Positions 44,183 to 54,533 of a stretch of 64,000 bases of DNA are shown here, piece after piece; the first letter of the stretch is position 1, and the number at the start of each line of letters is the position of its first letter. A program made the translations under genes and the position numbers. This DNA comes from Deltaproteobacteria bacterium (lineage in GTDB: Bacteria; Desulfobacterota; Desulfobaccia; Desulfobaccales; 0-14-0-80-60-11). A model generated the notes under the pieces. The model ran no database searches and was not told the origin of the DNA. It worked only from the letters and a program-made list of their open reading frames with translations. Location of the stretch: contig JASEFS010000005.1 of assembly GCA_030018495.1 (NCBI GenBank), positions 11,153 through 75,152 of the forward strand, given 5' to 3'.

Positions 44183-45442
44183 TCAAACGCGCCGGATCAA
44201 TCGGTGCTTGCGAGTTTCCAATCGCCGCAGGTCCGCGCCCGCCACTTTATCATACACCGCCTCCACCTGCTCCGCCATGCGTTCGAGCGAAAACTGCTGC
44301 ATCACCTTTGCTCTTCCCTGCTGGGCCATTTTGTTTCTAAGGGCCTCATCGGTGAGCACCATGGTCATAGCCTGGGCCAAAGCATCGGCATCCTTGGGCG
44401 GCACCAGCAGGCCGGTGCTCCCGGGTGTGACCGCTTCCGGAATGCCCCCTATGCTGCTGGCGACCACCGGTTTGGCCATGGCCATGGCCTGGAGCACGGC
44501 CTGGGGCACCCCTTCATGGGCATAAGAAGGCATGACCAGGGCATCCATAAGGGCCAGCCAGTCGGCGGCGCGCTCCTGGTGGCCCGCCAGGCGGACGCGC
44601 GGCTTCAGATTCAAGGCGGCCAGGCGCTCTTCGATGACCGGCCGGTAGGGACCTTCGCCGACGATGAGCAGATAACAATTATGGTTTGCCGCCACCTTTT
44701 TCAGGGCCTCCAAAGCAAAGAGGTGCCCCTTCCAGGAGCGCAGCACCGACAGGGTGCCGAATATAAAGGCTTCAGGCGGCAGATTGAGGCCCGCCCGCAG
44801 TTCAGGGGGCGCGGGCCGCGGCGTAAATTCCGTCAAAGGCACCCCCGTAGGTATGGCGAAAAGGCGGGATTGGGGGATTCCCAGGCGTTCATGGAGCAAG
44901 TCCGCGATGTTCACGCCGGTGGTAATGGTGGCCGCCGGCTGGTTATACAGCCAGCGGGTGGGCCAGGATTGCCTCACCGGGGTGGAGAGATGGCGGGTGC
45001 GCACCAGGGCCGGATGATTCTTCATAGTCCGCCAGGCCAGCACGCCGGCCCAGGAATCCAGTGAGCTGTGGGTGTTGAGAATGTCTACCCTTTCTTGAAC
45101 CGATATCCGGCGCAAGTCCTGCCAGGATTTGAAATTCTGTATCAGGCCGCCGAAGGGGAGGGCGTGCACCGGAAAACCTGTACCTCGGGCACGTTCATAC
45201 AATTCCCCCTCAGGGTCGCAGGCGATGAGGACGCGATGGCCCCGCTCCCGCATGGCCCCGCCCTCAAGGATGATGCGTCTCTCTTGCCCGCCCCAGCCGC
45301 GAGATGATTCGGTATGGAGGATAGTATAAATCTTGCGCTCCAAGATGCTTTTAGTTGTGAAGTTGTTGATTCCCCTCCCAAATGGTCGAGGGTGGGGTTC
45401 AGGGGGTAGCTTTCTCCTGAGAGCTGTTGCGCCCTTCGGCAA
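44183..45442 (-). CDS. Family 4 (GT-B) glycosyltransferase
   Basis: GGQERRIILE..., VMPSYAHEGVPQAVLQAMAMAKPVVASSIGGIPE is the EX7E-type GT4 motif. The true start is probably an internal TTG/ATG near 45340, because the 5' end overlaps the upstream gene. Confidence 0.75.
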   Translation of the reverse strand: MPKGATALRRKLPPEPHPRPFGRGINNFTTKSILERKIYTILHTESSRGWGGQERRIILEGGAMRERGHRVLIACDPEGELYERARGTGFPVHALPFGGLIQNFKSWQDLRRISVQERVDILNTHSSLDSWAGVLAWRTMKNHPALVRTRHLSTPVRQSWPTRWLYNQPAATITTGVNIADLLHERLGIPQSRLFAIPTGVPLTEFTPRPAPPELRAGLNLPPEAFIFGTLSVLRSWKGHLFALEALKKVAANHNCYLLIVGEGPYRPVIEERLAALNLKPRVRLAGHQERAADWLALMDALVMPSYAHEGVPQAVLQAMAMAKPVVASSIGGIPEAVTPGSTGLLVPPKDADALAQAMTMVLTDEALRNKMAQQGRAKVMQQFSLERMAEQVEAVYDKVAGADLRRLETRKHRLIRRV

Positions 45443-46586
45443 GTTCTTGATAGAGCTCCGCCAGCTTTTGGAGCATGACTTCCTGGGAAAATCTCTTTTT
45501 AATCGTTTCCTGAGCCGCGTTCCCCATGGCCGTGCGCCGGTCGGGGCGGCGGCTCAGTTCCACAATGGCGGCCGCCAATGCCTGGGGATCACCGGCCGGA
45601 ATCAGCCGTCCGTTTATACCGTCACTGATCACATCCTTGACGCCGCCCACCCGCGAGGCCACCACCGGCAAACCCGCGCCCATGGCTTCCAGCAAGGCCA
45701 GCGGCAGGCCCTCCCAAAGGGAGGGCAGCGCCATAATATCCATAGCCCGATAAACCAGAGGCATGTCCCGTCTGGTACCCAGAAACTTGACGCGGCCAGT
45801 TATGCCAAGGTCTTCCGCCTGACGCTCCAGGTTGGGCCTAAGCTTGCCGTCTCCCGCCAAAAGCAACGTGATATCCCCCACTTCTGCGATGACAGCCGGG
45901 AAGGCCTCCAAAAGGAGGGCATGTCCTTTTTGTTCTTCCAGGCGGCCCACCGCGCCCAGGCATAACCCGTTGACCCCCAGTTGAGCTTTGGCTGCCTCCC
46001 GGCTGACCTGGATATCCAAAGCCGCCAGGTTGATGCCGTTGGGCAGGAGATCAAGACGGGAGGGGGGCACCGCGTCGTAGACCAGGACATCGCGCCGGAC
46101 CTGAGGACTTACAGCCACAATGCGGTCGGTGGTCCAACTCAGGAGAAAGTTCCACAACCGCCGATGGAATTTTCGCCTGGTATAAACGTTGTGGATGGAC
46201 GCCACCACGCCTTTGAGGCCCATGCCCAGAGCGGCCAGGCGGCCATAGTAGTTGGGATGATAAAGGTGGGTATGCAAAATATCCGGCCTGAGATGCTTTA
46301 GGAGCTGCCGTATCCGGTGTATGATTTTAAGATCCGGGTCTTTCTTTAGGCTCAGTCCTAAAGCGTGGACCGGGTAGCCGGCCCGGCGCAGCTCCTCCCC
46401 GATGACTCCGGCGGGCCCGATAGTAGCGGCCTGAACATCAAAACGCCCGGCGTCAAGACCTCTGACCACCGCGGCCACCAGTGCTTCAGCACCCCCCACC
46501 GGCAGGCTGTCCAGGAGATGGAGCACTCTAAGGCGCTTTCCGGTCTGCGGTTTTCGATTACCGGTGAAAAAAAGAATTTTATCCAA
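45399..46586 (-). CDS. Family 4 (GT-B) glycosyltransferase
   Basis: LRVLHLLDSLPVGGAE... and ALPSLWEGLPLALLEAMGAGLPVVASRVGGVKD are GT4 motifs. Confidence 0.8.
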   Translation of the reverse strand: MDKILFFTGNRKPQTGKRLRVLHLLDSLPVGGAEALVAAVVRGLDAGRFDVQAATIGPAGVIGEELRRAGYPVHALGLSLKKDPDLKIIHRIRQLLKHLRPDILHTHLYHPNYYGRLAALGMGLKGVVASIHNVYTRRKFHRRLWNFLLSWTTDRIVAVSPQVRRDVLVYDAVPPSRLDLLPNGINLAALDIQVSREAAKAQLGVNGLCLGAVGRLEEQKGHALLLEAFPAVIAEVGDITLLLAGDGKLRPNLERQAEDLGITGRVKFLGTRRDMPLVYRAMDIMALPSLWEGLPLALLEAMGAGLPVVASRVGGVKDVISDGINGRLIPAGDPQALAAAIVELSRRPDRRTAMGNAAQETIKKRFSQEVMLQKLAELYQELAEGRNSSQEKATP

Positions 46587-46691
46587 TTGCTTGCTCGTCT
46601 ATAAAGATTGCTTCATCTCCAGGCAGACCACATTATACCAAAAATGCAGGCTAACTTATTACCCCTGGCAGGAATTTTGTTGCGGGATGGC

Positions 46692-46718
46692 TTGACAGGC
46701 TCAAGTGCTTTGGATAAT
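46692..46718 (+). promoter_or_regulatory. Sigma-70-type promoter candidate for tRNA-Ala
   Basis: TTGACA (46692-46697) is followed by GATAAT (46713-46718). The 15-nt spacer is short. The -10 element ends 11 nt before the tRNA. Confidence 0.4.
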
Positions 46719-46729
46719 CTTAAAAAGTC

Positions 46730-46805
<76 letters not shown>

Positions 46806-46814
46806 AGGGATTTT

Positions 46815-46850
46815 AAAGGGTTAGGTCAGGCGGCCTAACCTTTCTTTTTT
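46815..46850 (+). terminator. Rho-independent terminator after tRNA-Ala
   Basis: The stem is AAAGGGTTAGG-(8 nt)-CCTAACCTTT, followed by CTTTTTT. Confidence 0.8.
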
Positions 46851-47139
46851 GAGAACATTTCCAGGGCACACCATACAATCCCGACTCATACATCCGCTCT
46901 GCAATGGCCTGGTGTCCGGAAAGCATGCGCCAGCATGCCTTCGCCGTCTCGCCTCATGGTTGCCTTCTCTCAGGGCTACTTTTATGTGAACAATTGCCAT
47001 TGTCGTTTCCCTCCTGCCTTTAATGAATATAATATAAATGAGCATTTACTTAATGAGCCATAAAGGCTTTTCCCCTGAACCGGGTATCCCTCACAATGGA
47101 TATCGACCGGCCAAAGATTCTTTGTGATCAAAGAACAGG

Positions 47140-47847
47140 ATGGGAAACATGAAGTTGATCAAATACTTAGCCGTCTTCCTTTTAGTTATAGCCATATCGG
47201 CATTTTGTTTTGCTCTGGGCTGGGGGTTTGGCTATAAGGGTTACTTCGGCTGGATACGCTCCAAGGATTATGCCTCTCTCCCAAAACCGTCCTTGGCCGA
47301 GACCGGGGCAGAAAAGCGAATCTTAAGCGTCCTCCACGACATTCATAGTCCTGGACAGGCGGACCCTCTGCTGGGGAGGTTTCTGAGAATCCTCGTAGAG
47401 GCAGTAAACGCCAAGAATGTGGTGGAGATCGGCACTTCCAACGGTTACTCCGCTTTATGGATTTCCCTGGGCCTCCGGGCTACCGGCGGCAAGCTGATCA
47501 CCCACGAAATCATGCCCGACCGGGCAGCTACAGCCAGGTCGAATTTCGAGAGGGCGGGAGTGGAGGATATCGTCACGGTAGTGGTGGGCGATGCCCACCA
47601 GACGATCACCGCTGTTGAGGGGCCCATCGACATACTTTTTATAGACGCCGAAAAATCAGGTTATTTCGATTACTTGAACAAGCTCCTGCCTAAGGTCCGC
47701 CCCGGAGGCCTGATTTTGGCCGATAGTGCCAACAAGCCTTCTCTTTTTCCGGATTTCATCAAAGCAATCACAACCGACCAAAACCTGGAGACAATCGGTT
47801 TGGAAATGCGGTCGATCGGGATCAGCCTGAGTCTCAAGAAACGGTGA
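47140..47847 (+). CDS. Class I SAM-dependent O-methyltransferase with N-terminal membrane anchor
   Basis: VVEIGTSNGYSALW is the SAM motif I. ILFIDAEKSGY and GGLILADS match the caffeoyl-CoA OMT-like family. Confidence 0.75.
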   Translation: MGNMKLIKYLAVFLLVIAISAFCFALGWGFGYKGYFGWIRSKDYASLPKPSLAETGAEKRILSVLHDIHSPGQADPLLGRFLRILVEAVNAKNVVEIGTSNGYSALWISLGLRATGGKLITHEIMPDRAATARSNFERAGVEDIVTVVVGDAHQTITAVEGPIDILFIDAEKSGYFDYLNKLLPKVRPGGLILADSANKPSLFPDFIKAITTDQNLETIGLEMRSIGISLSLKKR

Positions 47848-47850
47848 CTT

Positions 47851-48711
47851 CTAGTTGGAAATACGCAATTCCTCCAGGGCCCGGGGGAGGTGCGCAATAA
47901 TTTCCCCCACCTGGGTGGCAGGGGTAGGATGGGCCAGGAGACCGGCCAGACGGTTGGCCCTGGCTGCCAGAACCGCGGCGGCTTTGAGGTCCAGACCCGC
48001 GGCCAGGAGTCCGGCCGTGATGCCGGTCAGGGTGTCGCCGGTGCCGCCGATGGCCTCCAGGGCGTCGATGCGGGGCTCGGCCACGGTGGCCAGAATGCCA
48101 CCCGAGTCGGCCAGGAAGTCGGTTTCGCCTTTGGCCAAAATATAGCGGGACGCGTTGTGATGCTCAAAGGTCCTGGCAATCAAGTCGGGGACCTTGTTGT
48201 CGTCGTGCAGGATGAAGCCCCGGGTGTAAAAGGGGTGGGGCGCGGTTTCATCCGCCAGGAAGGCCAACTCCCCGGCATCAGGAGTAAAAAGATCATATTC
48301 CGCGGCCTGGCCGCTCATTTTGGCCACATACATGAAGCCTGCATCAGCAATGAGCAGGGGCCGGGGCTGCATCTCCTGGACCGCGAACAGGACCCGGTTG
48401 TGCCAATCCACGTCAGGCTGGAGATAATGGAAACAAATCACCCCGAACTTGCGGTCAGGAAGGGTATTGACCAGGTACTCGTAAAGACGGCGGCTGCCTT
48501 GGCCCGTGCCGATGTCTCCGGCCAGGCAGGCGACGGGGGAGGGCCGGCGGCAGTATTTCAAGGTCGCGGCGGCCGCGGCCAGGAGCGCGGCGGTGCCCCG
48601 GTTCACCGGGATATCCCTCCCGGCCACTAAAAGCCGGCCTCCCGCCAATTCGGCCTTGCCCTCGACCACGGGAAAGGCCGCGTCCGGGACCGTGCCCACC
48701 ACTAAGAGCAT
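47851..48711 (-). CDS. YjeF_C / NAD(P)HX-dehydratase-like ribokinase-fold protein (divergent)
   Basis: The C-terminal IGGTGDTLTGITAGLLAAG is the family motif, while the N-terminal part is divergent. The start is at the internal ATG 48711, overlapping the upstream gene by 10 nt. Confidence 0.45.
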   Translation of the reverse strand: MLLVVGTVPDAAFPVVEGKAELAGGRLLVAGRDIPVNRGTAALLAAAAATLKYCRRPSPVACLAGDIGTGQGSRRLYEYLVNTLPDRKFGVICFHYLQPDVDWHNRVLFAVQEMQPRPLLIADAGFMYVAKMSGQAAEYDLFTPDAGELAFLADETAPHPFYTRGFILHDDNKVPDLIARTFEHHNASRYILAKGETDFLADSGGILATVAEPRIDALEAIGGTGDTLTGITAGLLAAGLDLKAAAVLAARANRLAGLLAHPTPATQVGEIIAHLPRALEELRISN

Positions 48712-49250
48712 CGGCGCACCATTTCCTGAAAGGCCAGTTCCAAGGCATAGCCGCACAGGGTATGGCCCAGGTCCCGGGGCCGGGGAGCCCCATCCAGGGG
48801 TCGGCCCACCAGCTCCCGGGCCAAATACGGCACATCAGGGCAGCCGCCCCCGGAGACGTTGACGATGGTCCGGGTTTCCTTGTCCACCGTCAGCTTCATG
48901 TTGGCGGCCCGCACCATGAGAAAGCGGCCGAAATCCTTCACGTGGCAGAGGTCCACCGGCTTGAGCAGCGGACCGCTCACCGGCACCACTTCAAGAGGGG
49001 CCAAGCGAGCCTGCTCAAGCACTTTGAGAATGTTCAATTCCTCGATAATGGGGATCTCGATGACCAGATCGCAGCCGCTCTGAATTTCGGGGGGCGGCCC
49101 CATGACGCGCACGGGCCGCCCCGCTTCTTTGAGGACTTTTTCCGCTCGAATGACCTCGCTGGTGTGGGAAAACACCAACATGCCCCGATCGCCGGTGGGA
49201 TGGGCGGCAAGTTGAGGTTCGCGGCGTTTGCTGAAAGGCCACCAGGCCAT
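48702..49250 (-). CDS. DUF3343-like (putative Se/S carrier) protein with Cys-containing C-terminal domain
   Basis: The ATG at 49250 follows AAGGAG. MLVFSHTSEVIRAEKVLKEAG...CDLVIEIP is the DUF3343 pattern. The C-terminal part carries SGGGCPDVPY. Confidence 0.55.
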   Translation of the reverse strand: MAWWPFSKRREPQLAAHPTGDRGMLVFSHTSEVIRAEKVLKEAGRPVRVMGPPPEIQSGCDLVIEIPIIEELNILKVLEQARLAPLEVVPVSGPLLKPVDLCHVKDFGRFLMVRAANMKLTVDKETRTIVNVSGGGCPDVPYLARELVGRPLDGAPRPRDLGHTLCGYALELAFQEMVRRCS

Positions 49251-49327
49251 GATTACTCCTTTGCGGGCAACCACAGGGGCTTTGATTGAGAGCACCCCTG
49301 CCGTCAAAGTTCGGCGCTGGCGCCCGA

Positions 49328-49546
49328 TCAACTTTTTTGCAGGGTAATCCGGTACTCTTCGCCTTCGGACTGCACTTCCTTCACCTGCCAACCCAAACTG
49401 GCCGCCGCCCGGCTGACATTTTCCCGGGACGTGTCCGTGTCCACCAAAACCACCAGTTCTTCCTGATTAAGCGTTTTCAACTTTTCCATGGTCAGCAACA
49501 CCGGCTGGGGGCAGGAAAGTCCCCGGGCATCAATTTGTTCAGACAT
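49328..49546 (-). CDS. yedF: TusA/SirA/YedF-type sulfurtransferase-like protein
   Basis: 72 aa starting at the ATG after GGAGG. IDARGLSCPQPVLLT is the CPxP active-site motif. The long ORF-track extension to 49837 is spurious. Confidence 0.8.
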   Translation of the reverse strand: MSEQIDARGLSCPQPVLLTMEKLKTLNQEELVVLVDTDTSRENVSRAAASLGWQVKEVQSEGEEYRITLQKS

Positions 49547-49575
49547 GGGTTCCTCCGTTTGCTTTTGAAACTTGT

Positions 49576-50667
49576 TCAGGCTTTTTGCCGCATGGTAAGG
49601 CCGATGAAAACCAGAACGATCAGGCTTATCAACACCGCCGCCACCCCGTGGGGGCCGATCCCCTGGGGGGAGCTGGCCAAGCCGAAATTGTGGGACACCG
49701 CCGCGCCGATAATCATGCCCAAAGCAAAAACCGCGGCGTCCCCGTCGCCCTCGCCGGCCATGAAAAGCTGCCTCCCCGGACAGCCGCCCGCCAAGGCGAA
49801 GGCCAGGCCCGCCACCGCCATGCCCAGGAAGTTCCACAACTGCATGGTATGGGCCACCGGCTGGCCGGCAAACCCCGGCTTAAACTGCCCCAAGGCCAGG
49901 TTGGCCACAAAAGCCGCGACCAGCAAGGCGATCAATCCGGACAGCAGGTGCGTCTGCCGGAACAGGAACAAATCCCGGAAAGCCCCCATGGTGCAAAAAC
50001 GGCTGCGTTGGGCCGCCATGCCGATGGCCAGACCGGCTATAAGGGAAACGGCCAGAGGCGCGTGCATGGCCCCCGGACCCTTGAGGCTGTAAAACAGGAT
50101 GCCGCTTTTGTCCTGGTCGGGAATTTGCGGATAGAGTAATCGCAAAGCCAGCAGGCCGAGGATTACCAGGGGAAAGAGCCAGCCTACCGAGGGATAGGCT
50201 TTTTGGGTCCGTCCCAGGTTGTAGCCGGCTTTGAAGAAGAGGGCGCCGACGCCGATGCCCGCGGCCAGACCCAGCAGGCCGAAGATGGCGTTGCCGTCTC
50301 CGCCGCCCAGGCGAAGCAGGGCGCGCCAGGGGCACCCCAGAAAAACCAGGGCCCCGATCATGGCAATCATTCCCAGGATAAAGCGCACGATGGGGGCCGA
50401 CCCGGCCCGCGGCCGAAATTCTTTGAACACATAAGCGGAAATCAAGGCTCCCAGAACGAACCCCAAGATCTCCGGCCGCAGATACTGCACCACCGCGGCC
50501 CGGTGCATGCCGAGCGCGCCGGTGATGTCCCGCTCGAAGCAGGCGACGCATATGCCCATGTTGCCGGGGTTGCCCCACTTCTGCAGCAGCGCCGCCAAAA
50601 CGCCGATGAAGAGTCCCACACTGATGATCCCGGTTCGGGAGGCAAAGAATTCCTTTACACGAGACAT
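49576..50667 (-). CDS. yedE: YedE-family putative selenium/sulfur-compound transporter
   Basis: It is polytopic. GNPGNMGICVACFERD and FLGCPWRALLRLGGGD match my memory of the YedE family. The ATG at 50667 follows GGAGGA. Confidence 0.7.
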   Translation of the reverse strand: MSRVKEFFASRTGIISVGLFIGVLAALLQKWGNPGNMGICVACFERDITGALGMHRAAVVQYLRPEILGFVLGALISAYVFKEFRPRAGSAPIVRFILGMIAMIGALVFLGCPWRALLRLGGGDGNAIFGLLGLAAGIGVGALFFKAGYNLGRTQKAYPSVGWLFPLVILGLLALRLLYPQIPDQDKSGILFYSLKGPGAMHAPLAVSLIAGLAIGMAAQRSRFCTMGAFRDLFLFRQTHLLSGLIALLVAAFVANLALGQFKPGFAGQPVAHTMQLWNFLGMAVAGLAFALAGGCPGRQLFMAGEGDGDAAVFALGMIIGAAVSHNFGLASSPQGIGPHGVAAVLISLIVLVFIGLTMRQKA

Positions 50668-51443
50668 GTCACCATATCCTCCATTCTCTCTAGCCAATGG
50701 CTGCTTGCACTTCGAAAGTCTGGTCCTGGAATTGCCTGAACACCCAAGTACTTAAGGCAGCAATCCTGCTTCAGCCCCAACGCGGCGGCAACCTTGGGCA
50801 GGGGCTGAAGTTCAGGCCTCTGCCAAGCTTGGGGCTCGACGTTGAGCGGTGTACTTGCGGCCTGGACGAGGGCGCAGGCGGTCCATCACCTTTTCCCAGG
50901 CGAGGTCCGAAATATGACTGGCAGGCGAGAATTGCGGGGAATTCTTTCCCGAGGAGGGTGGGCGGAGGGTCTGGTGGGGCTTCCGGATACTATCCGGACC
51001 TGAGCTTATCCCAGGCGCTCCGTCCCCGGCTCAGCCAGCCGATTTCGGTTGAGAACCTTGCCAAGGCTCTCAAAACTCCCGGGCCTCAGGATTTTCTGCG
51101 AACAATGAGCACGGGCCGGCGCACCTGGAATCACCTCCTTTGCGAAAATTTTCTCAATTATAGGGCATTCGTTCAGGAAGTCAAAAAACTTTTTATGACC
51201 AAGCCCTCATCTCTGGCCATGTTTGTGCAAAAGCGGCTTTAATATAGTCCCCTCACGTTGGCTCCCTGAACCGTAAGTGTTGCCTGACTCTCCGAACGCC
51301 TGTTAACCTTCTCTCCGTCCAAACAGGTGTGGCATTGGGAGAGAGGGGGGAGCCGGTATTTCCGATTGAACCCCCCAGACCCTTCTCTCCGCGCAACTAC
51401 AGAATACGCATTTAAAAGCTCTCGGAGACTTTTTATGCCGCGA

Positions 51444-53645
<2,202 letters not shown>

Positions 53646-53756
53646 TTATTGGCTGATCTTATTATGTTTCAGGAAATAAGGCCGGGCCTGCGCTCTCCCG
53701 TCTCATAACTATTCCGGTCATACTCAGCCGTATCCTGAAAGCCGTAGTTAAGGTTT

Positions 53757-54224
53757 TTATTCATTGCTGATGGTTCTCGCCAAGTCAATTTCTGCCGTGC
53801 ACTCGGGACAGAGGCCGAAGAAATCCAGGCGATGACTGAGAATTCGAAAACCGGTCTCCTTGCCTGCGGCTTCGGTCAAATGCTCCAGGCTGCCCAGCTC
53901 CGGGTCCATGATTTTCTTGCACCTCAGACAGATCAAGTGGGGATGGGGGAAAGGCTTCCTGCCGTCGTAGCGGCTGACTCCTCCGGGGAAGGCCAATTCC
54001 AGGACCTCTCCTAATTCTTTTAAAAGAGCCATGGTCTTGTAAACGGTGGCAATGCTCATGGTGGGGAAATCCGCCTTCATGCGGTCATAAATTGCTTCAA
54101 TGCTCGGGTGTCCGTCGCCGGCAGCCAGGAGGCGCAGTATGGCCAGCCGTTGCGGGGTAAGGCGCAGCCCCTTGGCCTTAAGCCTGTCCACCATCTGAGT
54201 CAGGCGGTTCTGCGGCGTTGTCAT
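53757..54224 (-). CDS. perR: Fur-family peroxide-responsive repressor
   Basis: LRLTPQRLAILRLL is the winged helix. HPHLICLRCKKI...GLCPEC are the CxxC pairs. It lies directly upstream of katG. Confidence 0.8.
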   Translation of the reverse strand: MTTPQNRLTQMVDRLKAKGLRLTPQRLAILRLLAAGDGHPSIEAIYDRMKADFPTMSIATVYKTMALLKELGEVLELAFPGGVSRYDGRKPFPHPHLICLRCKKIMDPELGSLEHLTEAAGKETGFRILSHRLDFFGLCPECTAEIDLARTISNE

Positions 54225-54231
54225 AAAAATC

Positions 54232-54246
54232 TAATAATAATTATCA
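54232..54246. promoter_or_regulatory. PerR/Fur-type 7-1-7 inverted repeat box
   Basis: TAATAAT-A-ATTATCA differs from the PerR box TTATAAT-N-ATTATAA at one position per half-site. It ends 8 nt upstream of the perR ATG. Confidence 0.6.
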
Positions 54247-54381
54247 GAGGAAAAATGTTTTCCATAAATTAGACACGCTTTTTGCCCTGTCAAGGGCCCC
54301 ATGTTTTCATTGGGAATTCCAGTGCTCTGCATGGAGGGCGATAACCGGAGTATGCATAAAGCAAAATCAGCATGATGGAGC

Positions 54382-54428
54382 GGCGCAATTTATTGCGTTT
54401 TTAAGGGCGTGATGAATCACGCCCCTAC
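54382..54428. repeat. REP doublet in opposite orientation to the 1638 and 43858 copies
   Basis: GGCGCAATTTATTGCG (54382-54397) is followed by GGGCGTGATGAATCACGCCCCTAC (54405-54428). The latter is the reverse complement of GTAGGGGCGTGATTCATCACGCCC. Confidence 0.7.
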
Positions 54429-54533
54429 ATCAAAAATGCCTCTCTGACCCGGGTATGACCGCAATTGGCGGATTTCCGTAAGTTGCTAAAGCAGGAGGGC
54501 GTCCGTGTTTTCTAAAGGGGGTGAATAGGGGGT

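Noticed and set aside
46821-47045. A 74-aa minus-strand ORF next to tRNA-Ala.
   Set aside because: Its 3' end overlaps the tRNA-Ala terminator hairpin. The sequence (MLIYIIFIKGRRETT...) has no motif or plausible RBS. It is likely spurious.
50697-51242. A 181-aa + strand ORF in the yedE-katG gap.
   Set aside because: There is no RBS, the composition is Gly/Arg/Pro/Ser-rich and low-complexity, and there is no recognisable motif. The region is treated as non-coding or possibly structured RNA instead.
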